From IMG/VR virus record IMGVR_UViG_3300042938_000869, positions 1 to 55,613 of that record: a stretch of 55,613 nucleotides of DNA, one strand, 5' to 3'. Every line of letters starts with the position of its first letter. The stretch's first letter is position 1. The notes under the pieces were generated by a model, which was given only the letters and a program-made list of their open reading frames with translations, was not told the DNA's origin and ran no database searches. Below, one piece after another: positions 34,018 through 42,923 of the stretch. Both the position numbers and the translations under genes were made by a program. Source of the stretch: a virus (lineage: Duplodnaviria; Caudoviricetes).

Positions 34018-34421
34018 GTGACATCTTCCGCACCCTCATCGTCCCGACCGCCAATGTCGCTCTCGCTCGCTCTATCGCGGCCTCATTTGGTCCGGGCGGC
34101 GAGGGTATGTGGATCACACCGCTCAGCGCATCCGGCCTCGAGCCCGCCACGCACTACATCTCTACGGGATACGTCCCGCCTGAGTATGGCTTCCTCGTGC
34201 CCACCCAGACATGGGCGCAGGACGAAGACGGCGACTGGGTGTTGATCAACTCAACTCCGGGCAACCCTGCGGCTGTCTACGATCACTGCATCAATACCGG
34301 CGTATCCTGCACGCAGGCCGACATTGACGCCCTATTCGCGGCGGCTGATGTGACCGAGCAGGAGCCGTTCACCGCGATGGGCCGGATGGGCCTGACCATG
34401 ATCAATGAACCGCTGCTCTAA
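34014..34421 (+). CDS. Fibre-associated hypothetical protein
   Basis: RTLIVP...GMW.TPLS.SG.EPATHYIS.G...PFTAMGRMGL. Confidence 0.7.
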   Translation: MSDIFRTLIVPTANVALARSIAASFGPGGEGMWITPLSASGLEPATHYISTGYVPPEYGFLVPTQTWAQDEDGDWVLINSTPGNPAAVYDHCINTGVSCTQADIDALFAAADVTEQEPFTAMGRMGLTMINEPLL

Positions 34422-34458
34422 CCGTCTATAACTGGATCAAAGGCAAGGGGACGCAATC

Positions 34459-35154
34459 ATGAACGCGGAGTTCTTCGAGGCAGTGCGGCCATTGTTCGGC
34501 GGCTCGCTCAGCCAAGCCCAAGTGGACGGATTCAAAATCATCTTTGAGGCATGGCGCAAGGTCGGGTCGGGCAACGAGCGGGATCTGGCTTACATACTCG
34601 CGACCGCATACCACGAGACTGCCCGCACCATGCAGCCGGTACGCGAAACGCGCGCTATAACAGACGCCAAGGCGAAAGAGCGGCTAACCAAGGCGTGGAA
34701 GTCCGGCAAGCTTCCGCGGGTCAAATCCGACTATTGGTCGGGCGGCTGGTTCGGTCGCGGGTTCGTTCAGCTCACGCACCGGGAGAACTACGTCAAGGCA
34801 GGCAAAAAGCTCGGCATTGATCTGGTATCCGATCCATCCAAAGCGATGATCCCGGAAGTCTCGGCGCTGATCCTAGTGCGCGGGATGCAAGAGGGATGGT
34901 TTACCGGCATGACGCTGGCCGACGCCGCCGACTTTCGCGAAGCTCGGCGCGTTGTAAATGGCACCGATTGCGCCAGTCAGATTGCCATGTATGCCGATGC
35001 TTTTCTCAGCGCGCTGGATGCAATGGATGATGCGCCTACCATCACCGTGATCGAGCCTAAGCCTAGCGGCACAGGCTGGCTAGTTCTTGCGGCATTGGCC
35101 ATTGCTGGTGTAGTTGTAGGTGCCTACAATTGGATTGTGTCCTTGTTCGGATAA
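34459..35154 (+). CDS. Endolysin, GH19-like lysozyme fold, with C-terminal transmembrane helix
   Basis: AYILATAYHET..TMQPVRE, FGRGFVQLTH.ENY, ARRVVNGTD; hydrophobic C-terminus. Confidence 0.85.
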   Translation: MNAEFFEAVRPLFGGSLSQAQVDGFKIIFEAWRKVGSGNERDLAYILATAYHETARTMQPVRETRAITDAKAKERLTKAWKSGKLPRVKSDYWSGGWFGRGFVQLTHRENYVKAGKKLGIDLVSDPSKAMIPEVSALILVRGMQEGWFTGMTLADAADFREARRVVNGTDCASQIAMYADAFLSALDAMDDAPTITVIEPKPSGTGWLVLAALAIAGVVVGAYNWIVSLFG

Positions 35155-35163
35155 GAGGTTGCT

Positions 35164-35361
35164 ATGACCGCTGTCGTCGCACGCATTGCCCTGCGCTACA
35201 TTGCAGGCGCGCTTGTCATCAAGGGGCTGCTGCCGGAGGATAGCGGCCTCGCCACCGATCCAGACGTTCTCAATGTTGTGGAGGTGGCCTTGGGCCTTGC
35301 CATCGGCGCTGCAACAGAGGCTTGGTACGTTATCGCCCGGCGCATGGGGTGGGCGAAGTGA
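35164..35361 (+). CDS. Putative holin
   Basis: 65 aa, two hydrophobic segments, basic C-terminus; directly after the endolysin. Confidence 0.65.
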   Translation: MTAVVARIALRYIAGALVIKGLLPEDSGLATDPDVLNVVEVALGLAIGAATEAWYVIARRMGWAK

Positions 35362-35558
35362 TCCACCTAATCCCCGATTGGCTTGTTCCTCTTCTCCCGT
35401 ACTGGCCGCTGGCGCTAATCGTTGCGGGTGCCGGTCTTGCGTGGCGCATTGCTGGGGCGCCGGGGCTTGCAACGTTTGCCGCAGCCGTTGGCTTTGTTCT
35501 TGGCCGCCGATCAGTTAAGACCGACGCGCCAATCAAGAAAAAGAGGCGGTGGTTCTAA
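35358..35558 (+). CDS. Lysis-cassette membrane protein
   Basis: Two TM-like segments and a KKKRRWF tail; GTGA coupling. Confidence 0.6.
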   Translation: MIHLIPDWLVPLLPYWPLALIVAGAGLAWRIAGAPGLATFAAAVGFVLGRRSVKTDAPIKKKRRWF

Positions 35559-35849
35559 GTGCCAAGTTGGATCGACCTGAAAATCTCACTCGGCAATATC
35601 CTGACCATCGGGTCGGTGATTATCGGCCTGACCATCGGTTGGCAAACGCTAGCATCGGGCGTGCAAACCAATGCAAACGACATTGTAAAACTTGACACCA
35701 AGGTCGCCGATCAGGGCGACAGGCTGGACACGCTCATGACCGAGTTGCAGACCAACCGGATCAACGAAACGGCGCTGCTGACGGAGCTTCGCACAGATAT
35801 GCGCTATTTGAGAGAAGCTATCGATCAGATCAGGAGCGGGCAGAAGTAA
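35559..35849 (+). CDS. Membrane-anchored coiled-coil protein (lysis-associated)
   Basis: ISLGNILTIG..I N-terminal TM followed by a coiled coil. Confidence 0.65.
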   Translation: MPSWIDLKISLGNILTIGSVIIGLTIGWQTLASGVQTNANDIVKLDTKVADQGDRLDTLMTELQTNRINETALLTELRTDMRYLREAIDQIRSGQK

Positions 35850-35869
35850 CGCTGCCTTAAGGGGACACA

Positions 35870-36616
35870 ATGACAACGAGCGGCAGCTACAATTTTAACC
35901 CCGGAGTGGGTGAGATTGTGATTTATGCGTATAACCAGATTGGCATCAGGGCCACAAGTCTGGTTCAGGAGCACCTCACCACGGCCAGAATGGCGACCAA
36001 CATGATGTTGGCGAGCTTCAGCAATCAGGGCGTTAACCTGTGGAAGGTTGATCTGGTCACGGTTCCGCTGGTTCAGGGTGTCTCGACCTATGCCGTAGAC
36101 CCTAGCACAGTGGTCATCCTTGATGCCTACGTGACCATCGACAACGGGGCAGGCGCGCCGATTGACCGCATCATCTTGCCCGTCAGCCGCACGGAATACT
36201 CGAGCTACGCCAACAAGCGCCAGCAGGGCTTCACGACGGCCTATTGGTTTGATCGCCTGACCAGCCCCACGGATATGGTCGGCCCGGGTGATAGCGAAGT
36301 CCCCGCCGTGTCCGGCCCGCAGGTGACGCTGTGGCCCGTGCCTGACGGCAGCAGCGCGCAGTACCTCAAGTACTACCGGCTCGTGCAGTCGCAGACCTCA
36401 AACTACGCTAACGGCCAGACGGCTGACATCCCGTTCTTGTGGATGGAGGCGTTCGCTGATGGCCTCGCCTACCGGCTCGCCAAGATCTGGAACCCCCAGA
36501 TGGCCGTTGGCCTGAAGGCAGCAGCTGATGAGGCCTACCAGATAGCGGCGGCTCAGAACGTAGAAACGGCGAATTATTTTATCTCCCCGCAACTCTCTGG
36601 CTACTTCCGGGCCTGA
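35870..36616 (+). CDS. Head-tail adaptor-like protein
   Basis: MTTSGSYNF, AR...N.ML....NQGVNLW, SR.EY....NK..QG, LWPVPD, GLAYRLA. Confidence 0.7.
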   Translation: MTTSGSYNFNPGVGEIVIYAYNQIGIRATSLVQEHLTTARMATNMMLASFSNQGVNLWKVDLVTVPLVQGVSTYAVDPSTVVILDAYVTIDNGAGAPIDRIILPVSRTEYSSYANKRQQGFTTAYWFDRLTSPTDMVGPGDSEVPAVSGPQVTLWPVPDGSSAQYLKYYRLVQSQTSNYANGQTADIPFLWMEAFADGLAYRLAKIWNPQMAVGLKAAADEAYQIAAAQNVETANYFISPQLSGYFRA

Positions 36617-36628
36617 TAGGAGGGGATC

Positions 36629-36943
36629 ATGTCGTACGCGTCTCAGGCCGGTCGGGCCAAAACAGATCCCAGCAACCCGCAGGCTCACGCCATATGCGAC
36701 AGGTGCGGGTTTCGGCACAATCACGTAGACTTGCGCTGGCAGTACGACTGGCGCGGCGCCTCTCTAGCCAACATTCGCTTGCTGGTGTGCAATACCTGTT
36801 ACGACAAGGCGCAGCCACAGCTTCGGGCAATCGTCCTCCCTGCGGATCCTGTACCAATCGCAAATCCGCGTACGCAGGATTTTGTGGCGGCGTCTGCGCC
36901 TAGCGTTCAGAGCGTGTTCCTGAGCGTGCCGCCTGACGATTAA
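36629..36943 (+). CDS. Conserved Zn-finger tail-module protein
   Basis: AICDRCGF...LLVCNTCYD..QPQL...DP.PI.NPR. Confidence 0.75.
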   Translation: MSYASQAGRAKTDPSNPQAHAICDRCGFRHNHVDLRWQYDWRGASLANIRLLVCNTCYDKAQPQLRAIVLPADPVPIANPRTQDFVAASAPSVQSVFLSVPPDD

Positions 36944-36952
36944 GCGCCATGA

Positions 36953-37039
36953 AAATTCATAGACTTGGTAAAATTGTGCTTGGGCGGCTATATTGGCGGC
37001 AGAACACTCGAAAAGATCGTTTCCACCGTAAAGGGGTAA
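36953..37039 (+). pseudogene. Possible relic C-terminus of a 3TM holin
   Basis: The frame reads KFIDLVKLCLGGYIGGRTLEKIVSTVKG*, preceded by a stop. The nearby ATG (36949) is out of frame by one base. Confidence 0.4.
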
Positions 37040-37043
37040 GGCC

Positions 37044-37793
37044 ATGACCACCGGCTTGAGCTATGACGGCACCGTTGCTGGAACGACCAGCTACGTGGCC
37101 CAGATTGCCAACATGGCCGTAGTGGACCCCACCAACCCCGAATTTCTGGTCACACTTCCGCAGGCGATCACATACGCCGAAAATCGGATGTATCGTGATC
37201 TTGATTTTCTCGTTACCAGCGCCTCAGAAGTGGCCACTCTGACTATCGGGGACAGGAGGCTGCAGCTTGCTGGGTACCCCTTCGTGGTGACCGAGCAGAT
37301 TAACATCATCACTCCTGCCGGTCAGGTTGACCCGGACGGGGTGGCGGCCACGCGGAGCCCGTGCCTGCCCGTCACGAAGGAATTCCTCGACGCGGTCTAT
37401 GGATCGTCTGCCGTGGCGAACCGAGGCGTGCCGCAGTACTTCGCGCCGTTCAACGACAATCTCTTCTATCTGGGCCCGGCCCCTGATGCAGCTTACACGG
37501 TCGAGATTGTGGGGACTGAGCGCCCCGCCAGCATGTCGGCCACGAACCTCAGTACGTTCATCAGCTTGTACCTGCCAGACCTCTTCATCATGGCGTCCAT
37601 GATCTATGTCTCGGCCTACCAGCGCAATTTCTCGTCGGCTGGCGGCAATGATCCGCAGATGCCCATCACCTACGAAACGCAGTACCAGACGCTTCTCAAG
37701 GGGGCGACGGTGGAGGAGGCCCGCAAGAAGTACGAATCTGCCGGGTGGACCTCTCAGTCCCCGGCTGTCGTCGCCTCTCCGACCCGAGGCTAA
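37044..37793 (+). CDS. Adaptor/tail-tube-like protein
   Basis: LPQAI.YAE.RMYRDL, G.PQYFA, LGPAPDAAYTVE, T..S...PDL. Confidence 0.7.
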   Translation: MTTGLSYDGTVAGTTSYVAQIANMAVVDPTNPEFLVTLPQAITYAENRMYRDLDFLVTSASEVATLTIGDRRLQLAGYPFVVTEQINIITPAGQVDPDGVAATRSPCLPVTKEFLDAVYGSSAVANRGVPQYFAPFNDNLFYLGPAPDAAYTVEIVGTERPASMSATNLSTFISLYLPDLFIMASMIYVSAYQRNFSSAGGNDPQMPITYETQYQTLLKGATVEEARKKYESAGWTSQSPAVVASPTRG

Positions 37794-37796
37794 ATC

Positions 37797-40121
37797 ATGG
37801 GCCACGCAACGATGCGGCTCGTGCCGGGCGTCGATCAAAACCGGACGCCAACGCTGAACGAGGCTGCGATCTCGTCGTGCAATCTGATCCGGTTCCAGCC
37901 AGATCGGCAGGGCATGGCGTTGCCGCAGAAGCTTGGCGGATGGACCAAGTTTTACAACGGCGTCGTCCCGGGCGTCCCCAGAAACTTGTGGGCGTGGCAG
38001 GACGCTTATGCGGATCCGTATCTGGCAATTGGCTCGACAACCGGCCTGTATGCGGTCGACAGCGGCGGCGCCCTTCTGAGCATCAGCGGGCAGTACTACA
38101 CGGTCAACAAGCCCGTTTCGGTGTCGACCACGGCAGGGTCGGCGACCGTCACCATCGTGGATGACAAGGCCAACATCCTGAGCGGTGACACGGTTTTCAT
38201 CAAGACGCAGATTGCCGTGGGCGGCCTTGTCCTGTTTGGCAACTACCAATGCACGTACGTCGACTCTGACACGTATCAGATCGAGGTTGTCGACGCTGCG
38301 GGGTATCCCGTTTTTGCTACATCGACCGTATCCAGCGGCGGCGCCGTCCCGCAATTCGCCACGGCGATAAATAGCAATATCGTTACGGTAACGCTGGCTA
38401 ACCACGACTATCAGGTAAACCAGTTTTTCCCGGTCTTGGTCCCCACGACTTTTAACGGCGTCACTCTGTCGGGCAACTACGTCATCCAGTCAGTGACGGG
38501 GGCCAACACCTTCACCATCAACGCGTCCAACAGCGCCACGGCGGCTAGCTCTGCCTCCATTAACAGCGGCCTCGCTCAGTACGAGTACTACCTCGGGAAC
38601 ACCGTTGCACCGTCGGCTTCCGGGTTTGGTACAGGCGAGTTTGGCATCGGCACTTTTGGTATCGGCACCATTCCATCGAATGGTCGCGAGTACGCCATCG
38701 TCAACGTGCAGCCCTCCACGCCGTCTGCCGGATTCGTGACCTACACCATCGGCACTTCAGGCAATCGCGCACTGATTGAAGTGCCCGCCGGGTCCGAGTT
38801 CACGGTTTCAGGCGTGATCCCCTCAAACTACAACAGCATCAACCCGTTCAGCGTGGTTTCGTCGACGCGGGGGAGCCTCTCGGGCAACACCAGCACGCTC
38901 GTAATCGCATCAACCGAAACAGGTGCGTACACATCGGGTGGCAAGCTCACCTTCACCAGCTACGCCACAGGCAGCGCCACGGATTGGTCCTTGGGCAATT
39001 GGGGCGAGACGCTGATCTCCTGCCCCCGCAACAACGGCATCTATCAGTGGGATCCGCAGCTAGGCTCCGAAAGCTCCGCCCTGATCCCCACGGCGCCTAT
39101 TGTCAATCAGGGCATGTTCATCGCCATGCCGCAGCGCCAGATCGTCGCCTACGGGTCGACCTATAATGGCATCCAGCAGCCGCTGCTGGTGCGCTGGTGC
39201 GACATCGGCAACTTCAATATCTGGTCCCCTCAAGTCACGAATCAGGCGGGCTCCTATATCATCCCAAAGGGGTCACGCATTGTCGGCGGCATCCAAGGTC
39301 CGCAGCAGGGCCTGATCTGGACCGACCTCGGCGTCTGGGCCATGCAGTACGTCAGCCAGCCCTACATCTACCAGTTCAACGAGATCGGCGCTGGGTGCGG
39401 GATGGTCGCGGAGAAAGCCGCAGGCGCCATCAATGGCGACGTTTACTGGATGGGCCTGAAGCAGTTCTTCAAGCTCGCTGGCAGCGGCGTCGAGCCGGTG
39501 AATTGCCCGGTCTGGGATGTGGTGTTCCAGAACCTGAATATGGACTACGCAGACAACATCCGCGTGGCGGTGAATTCCAGCTTCCATGAGATTGCGTGGT
39601 ACTACCCGTCGAACGATAGCGTGAACGGCGAGAACGACAGCTACGTGAAGCTGAACGTGCTCATCAACCAGTGGGACTACGGCACGCTGGATCGGTCCGC
39701 TTGGCTCGATCAGAGCGTCCTTGGCCAGCCCATCGGGGCCTCGCCCACGGGGTACATTTACCAGCACGAAATGTCGCTCAACGCCGACGATCAGCCGATG
39801 GCGTCGAGTTTCCGCACGGGCTTCTTTCAGATGTCTGAAGCCGAGCTAAAAATGTTCGTGGATCAGGTCTGGCCCGACATGAAGTGGGGCTATTACAACG
39901 GGGCCCAAAACGCCAACGTGGGCATCACCTTCCATGTGGCGGATTACCCAGACGGGCAGGTCTCGAGCTACGGCCCGTACAACCTGACAGAGGCCACAAC
40001 CTACATCACGCCGCGCTTCCGTGGACGCCTCGTGTCCATCGAGATCTCGAGCAATGACCTGAATACCTTCTGGCGCCTCGGTGGGATAAGGTACCGCCTG
40101 CAACCCGATGGGAAGTTCTGA
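37797..40121 (+). CDS. Tail nozzle/tubular protein (P22 gp10 / T7 gp12-like beta-propeller) with beta-rich inserts
   Basis: KLGGW, WSLGNWGETLI, LVRWCD, LIWTD..VW.MQY, YWMG...FF, EIAWYYPS, PRFRGR, WRLG..R....PDG. Confidence 0.8.
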   Translation: MGHATMRLVPGVDQNRTPTLNEAAISSCNLIRFQPDRQGMALPQKLGGWTKFYNGVVPGVPRNLWAWQDAYADPYLAIGSTTGLYAVDSGGALLSISGQYYTVNKPVSVSTTAGSATVTIVDDKANILSGDTVFIKTQIAVGGLVLFGNYQCTYVDSDTYQIEVVDAAGYPVFATSTVSSGGAVPQFATAINSNIVTVTLANHDYQVNQFFPVLVPTTFNGVTLSGNYVIQSVTGANTFTINASNSATAASSASINSGLAQYEYYLGNTVAPSASGFGTGEFGIGTFGIGTIPSNGREYAIVNVQPSTPSAGFVTYTIGTSGNRALIEVPAGSEFTVSGVIPSNYNSINPFSVVSSTRGSLSGNTSTLVIASTETGAYTSGGKLTFTSYATGSATDWSLGNWGETLISCPRNNGIYQWDPQLGSESSALIPTAPIVNQGMFIAMPQRQIVAYGSTYNGIQQPLLVRWCDIGNFNIWSPQVTNQAGSYIIPKGSRIVGGIQGPQQGLIWTDLGVWAMQYVSQPYIYQFNEIGAGCGMVAEKAAGAINGDVYWMGLKQFFKLAGSGVEPVNCPVWDVVFQNLNMDYADNIRVAVNSSFHEIAWYYPSNDSVNGENDSYVKLNVLINQWDYGTLDRSAWLDQSVLGQPIGASPTGYIYQHEMSLNADDQPMASSFRTGFFQMSEAELKMFVDQVWPDMKWGYYNGAQNANVGITFHVADYPDGQVSSYGPYNLTEATTYITPRFRGRLVSIEISSNDLNTFWRLGGIRYRLQPDGKF

Positions 40122-40534
40122 TGCCCGCCAGTCTCGACGATATCCTCACAACCCAGAAAAACGGCGTGGTGGCGATCAACACGCTGGGCAACTACGTCAA
40201 CAACATACTGACCTTCACAAAAGGCAGCAGCCTGTCGCGGGTTCCGATGACGACCGGAACGACGATCCTCTACACCGTGAACCCGGGCCTGCAGTTCACC
40301 GTGAACGACATCGAGATCTGCAACACGTCGGCTGCCCCTGCGACCTTTACGATCTATCTGGTGCCAGCTGGAGGGAGCGCGAGCGCGGGCAACGCGCTGT
40401 TCTTTAGCGCCCCAATTCCGGGCAACACGACCGTTCAGTGGACGGGCAATCAAGTGTTGAGCGCTGGTGGAACGATCCAAGCCTCGGCTTCGGCAACGAC
40501 TGTGACCGTCATGTTCAACGGAGGGCAGGGCTGA
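40121..40534 (+). CDS. Tail-associated structural protein
   Basis: TILYTV...V.DI.ICNTS...LVP.G...beta-sandwich pattern. Confidence 0.65.
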   Translation: MPASLDDILTTQKNGVVAINTLGNYVNNILTFTKGSSLSRVPMTTGTTILYTVNPGLQFTVNDIEICNTSAAPATFTIYLVPAGGSASAGNALFFSAPIPGNTTVQWTGNQVLSAGGTIQASASATTVTVMFNGGQG

Positions 40535-41814
40535 TGGCCATCACCGTTTATCCGCCGTATGGATCCTCCAGCACGAAACCCAGTTATGTCGCGTTTGGCG
40601 GCACGACCGTTGACGCTTTCGGGCGCCTCCGGGTGTCTGAGCCGTACACGCTGTTCGACAGCCAGTCGCGCTATGCCGCTGACCCGGCGTATAGCTATTC
40701 GACGTCTGGGACGGGCGCGACGACGACATGGCAGACCAATAAATCGTCGGTAAACCTCTATCCCGGCACCAGTTCTGCAGGCAGCGCCGTAGCCCAGTCG
40801 TTCCGTTCGTTTCCGTACCAGCCCGGGAAGAGCCTGCTAACGCTCCAGACCTTCACTCTGGCGGCGCAGCAGACGGGGCTGACGCAGCGCGTCGGGCTAT
40901 TCAACACCGCCAACGGCATCTATCTGGAGCAGGCTGGCACGTCTCTGCCGACCGGCGTTTCACTCAACATCAGAAGCGCCAGCGGCTCTGGAAACCAGCA
41001 GGCGCTGAAGAGCGCATGGAACGTTGATAAATTCGACGGCACCGGCCCCAGCGGCGTAACGCTCGATCTGACCAAGACACAGATCTTCTTCATCGACATC
41101 GAGTGGCTTGGCGTCGGTTCCGTTCGTTGCGGGTTTGTCGTTAATGGCATGCTGTACGTGGCCCACGTCTTCAATAATGCCAACGTCCAGTCGTTCGTCT
41201 ACATGACCACGGCCATCCTGCCGCTGCGGTTCGAAATCACGACCACGTCGATCCCCACTGGCACGCCTGTCCTGCAGCAAATCTGCTCCAGCGTCATCTC
41301 CGAGGGCGGCTACGAGCAAACGTCGCAGGTATATAACGCTCGGGTGACGACGGCCTACGCGTCAACCCTTACGACCACCTTTGTGCCTCTGATCTCCATA
41401 CGGTTGAATTCAAGCTTTCTGGGCGCAATCGTGATCCCGTCTGCCATCACGGGGTTCCCGCTGGCTAATGGAGATTATGAGTTTGCTTTGGTTAAGAATG
41501 CCACCGGCTTGACCAGCGCCTCATGGGCCACGACGCTCGCCGCCGGGCAGGTGGACGTGGACACCGCTGCCACGGCGATGACAATTGCCTCCACAGATCA
41601 GATCGTGCAACAGAGCTTTGCGACCTCGTCTTCCCAGTCGACGACCCGTGCCGATCTCGCGACTGGATATAACTGGGATTTGCAGCTTGGCGTCTCGTTG
41701 GCTAACGTGAGCGACACTTACACGCTTGCAGCCCGCACGGTTCACGGAACAGCCGCCCCCGGCAGCACTGGCGTGGCCGTTGGTAATATCGCCTTCTACA
41801 ACCTAACGGTGTGA
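40534..41814 (+). CDS. Tail/virion structural protein
   Basis: ATG 40534; DAFGRLRVS.P.TLFDS, YQPGKS, WNVDKFDGTGPSG, IEWLGVG.VR.GF. Confidence 0.75.
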   Translation: MAITVYPPYGSSSTKPSYVAFGGTTVDAFGRLRVSEPYTLFDSQSRYAADPAYSYSTSGTGATTTWQTNKSSVNLYPGTSSAGSAVAQSFRSFPYQPGKSLLTLQTFTLAAQQTGLTQRVGLFNTANGIYLEQAGTSLPTGVSLNIRSASGSGNQQALKSAWNVDKFDGTGPSGVTLDLTKTQIFFIDIEWLGVGSVRCGFVVNGMLYVAHVFNNANVQSFVYMTTAILPLRFEITTTSIPTGTPVLQQICSSVISEGGYEQTSQVYNARVTTAYASTLTTTFVPLISIRLNSSFLGAIVIPSAITGFPLANGDYEFALVKNATGLTSASWATTLAAGQVDVDTAATAMTIASTDQIVQQSFATSSSQSTTRADLATGYNWDLQLGVSLANVSDTYTLAARTVHGTAAPGSTGVAVGNIAFYNLTV

Positions 41815-41815
41815 C

Positions 41816-42406
41816 ATGCCCCTTAAGCGCGGAAATTCGCAAGAAACGATAAGCGGCAACATCAGCGAGATGATGCACGCCGGGCGCCCGCAGGGGCAGG
41901 CTGTCGCGGCTGCGCTGAGCACGGCGCGCGAGGCACATGCTCGAGGATCTCAGGTCGCACGGCCCAAGGGCGGCGCCATGGGGAAGGTTCATGTTGGGCC
42001 GATCCACAGCAACGTGGCGGGGCGCACCGATCACCTGCCGATGCACGTGAAGTCCGGATCTTACGTGATCCCGGCGGATATCATCTCGGCCATGGGCGAA
42101 GGCAACAGCATGGCCGGGTTCAAGATTGCCAACAGCATCTTCAGCAAAATGCCTTACGGGGCTTCAGAGATTGGGGCAGGGATGCCTTACGACGCGCCCG
42201 CCGTCGCAAAAGCGGGTGGTGGTGAGGTGGACACGGTGCCCATCGTCGCCGCTGGTGGAGAGTACGTTATTCCTCCGGAGGATGTCGTGAAGATCGGGGA
42301 AGGAGACCTCGATCATGGGCATCGGATTCTGGATGAGTTCGTAAAAAAGTATCGGGCAAAGACCATCAAGACCCTGCAAAAGCTACCGGGTCCAAAAGTC
42401 GATTAA
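41816..42406 (+). CDS. Conserved internal-virion-region protein with two G(S/E)YVIP repeats
   Basis: N-terminal MPLKRG.SQ.TIS.NI...GRPQ.QAVAAALS.AR; DHLP....GSYVIPADII..MGEG and DTVP....GEYVIPPEDV..IGEG. Confidence 0.75.
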   Translation: MPLKRGNSQETISGNISEMMHAGRPQGQAVAAALSTAREAHARGSQVARPKGGAMGKVHVGPIHSNVAGRTDHLPMHVKSGSYVIPADIISAMGEGNSMAGFKIANSIFSKMPYGASEIGAGMPYDAPAVAKAGGGEVDTVPIVAAGGEYVIPPEDVVKIGEGDLDHGHRILDEFVKKYRAKTIKTLQKLPGPKVD

Positions 42407-42416
42407 AGGAAAAAGC

Positions 42417-42923
42417 ATGACAGACGCCGCAGACGCCCCCGCAGTTCGTGTAGGAACCCCCGCAGACCTCGACGGCATGATGCATCTGGCGCTCGACGCC
42501 ACGCAGGAAAACGCATTCATCTCTCCGGACGTCTCCAAGCTCCTCAAAACCATGTGGGGTGCTCTAACTAGGCAGAACGGCATCGTGGGGATTATTGGAA
42601 AGCCGGGCGAGGCTTTTGAAGGAGCCATCCTTTTGGTTTTTGGAGAGCTATGGTACAGTAACGAACCTGTACTGGAAGAACGAGCGGTGTTTGTGGCGCC
42701 AGAATATCGCAACGCGAAGGGTGGACGGGCTCGCAAGCTGTGTGAGTTTGCGAAAACGGCATCCGAAGAGCTTGCTATTCCGCTATCCATCGGGGTGCTT
42801 TCAAACAGTCGGACTGAAGCGAAAATCCGCTTGTATGAGCGGATGTTTGGGCAGCCTGCGGGCGTTTATTTTCTCTATGGGGCCAAGACCGGTCTCAGTG
42901 AACCTTCTAGCGAGATCCCATAA
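42417..42923 (+). CDS. GNAT-fold acetyltransferase-like virion protein
   Basis: VRVGTPADL, FVAPEYR...GRARKL.EFAK, RLYER; sits just before the ejection proteins. Confidence 0.75.
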   Translation: MTDAADAPAVRVGTPADLDGMMHLALDATQENAFISPDVSKLLKTMWGALTRQNGIVGIIGKPGEAFEGAILLVFGELWYSNEPVLEERAVFVAPEYRNAKGGRARKLCEFAKTASEELAIPLSIGVLSNSRTEAKIRLYERMFGQPAGVYFLYGAKTGLSEPSSEIP

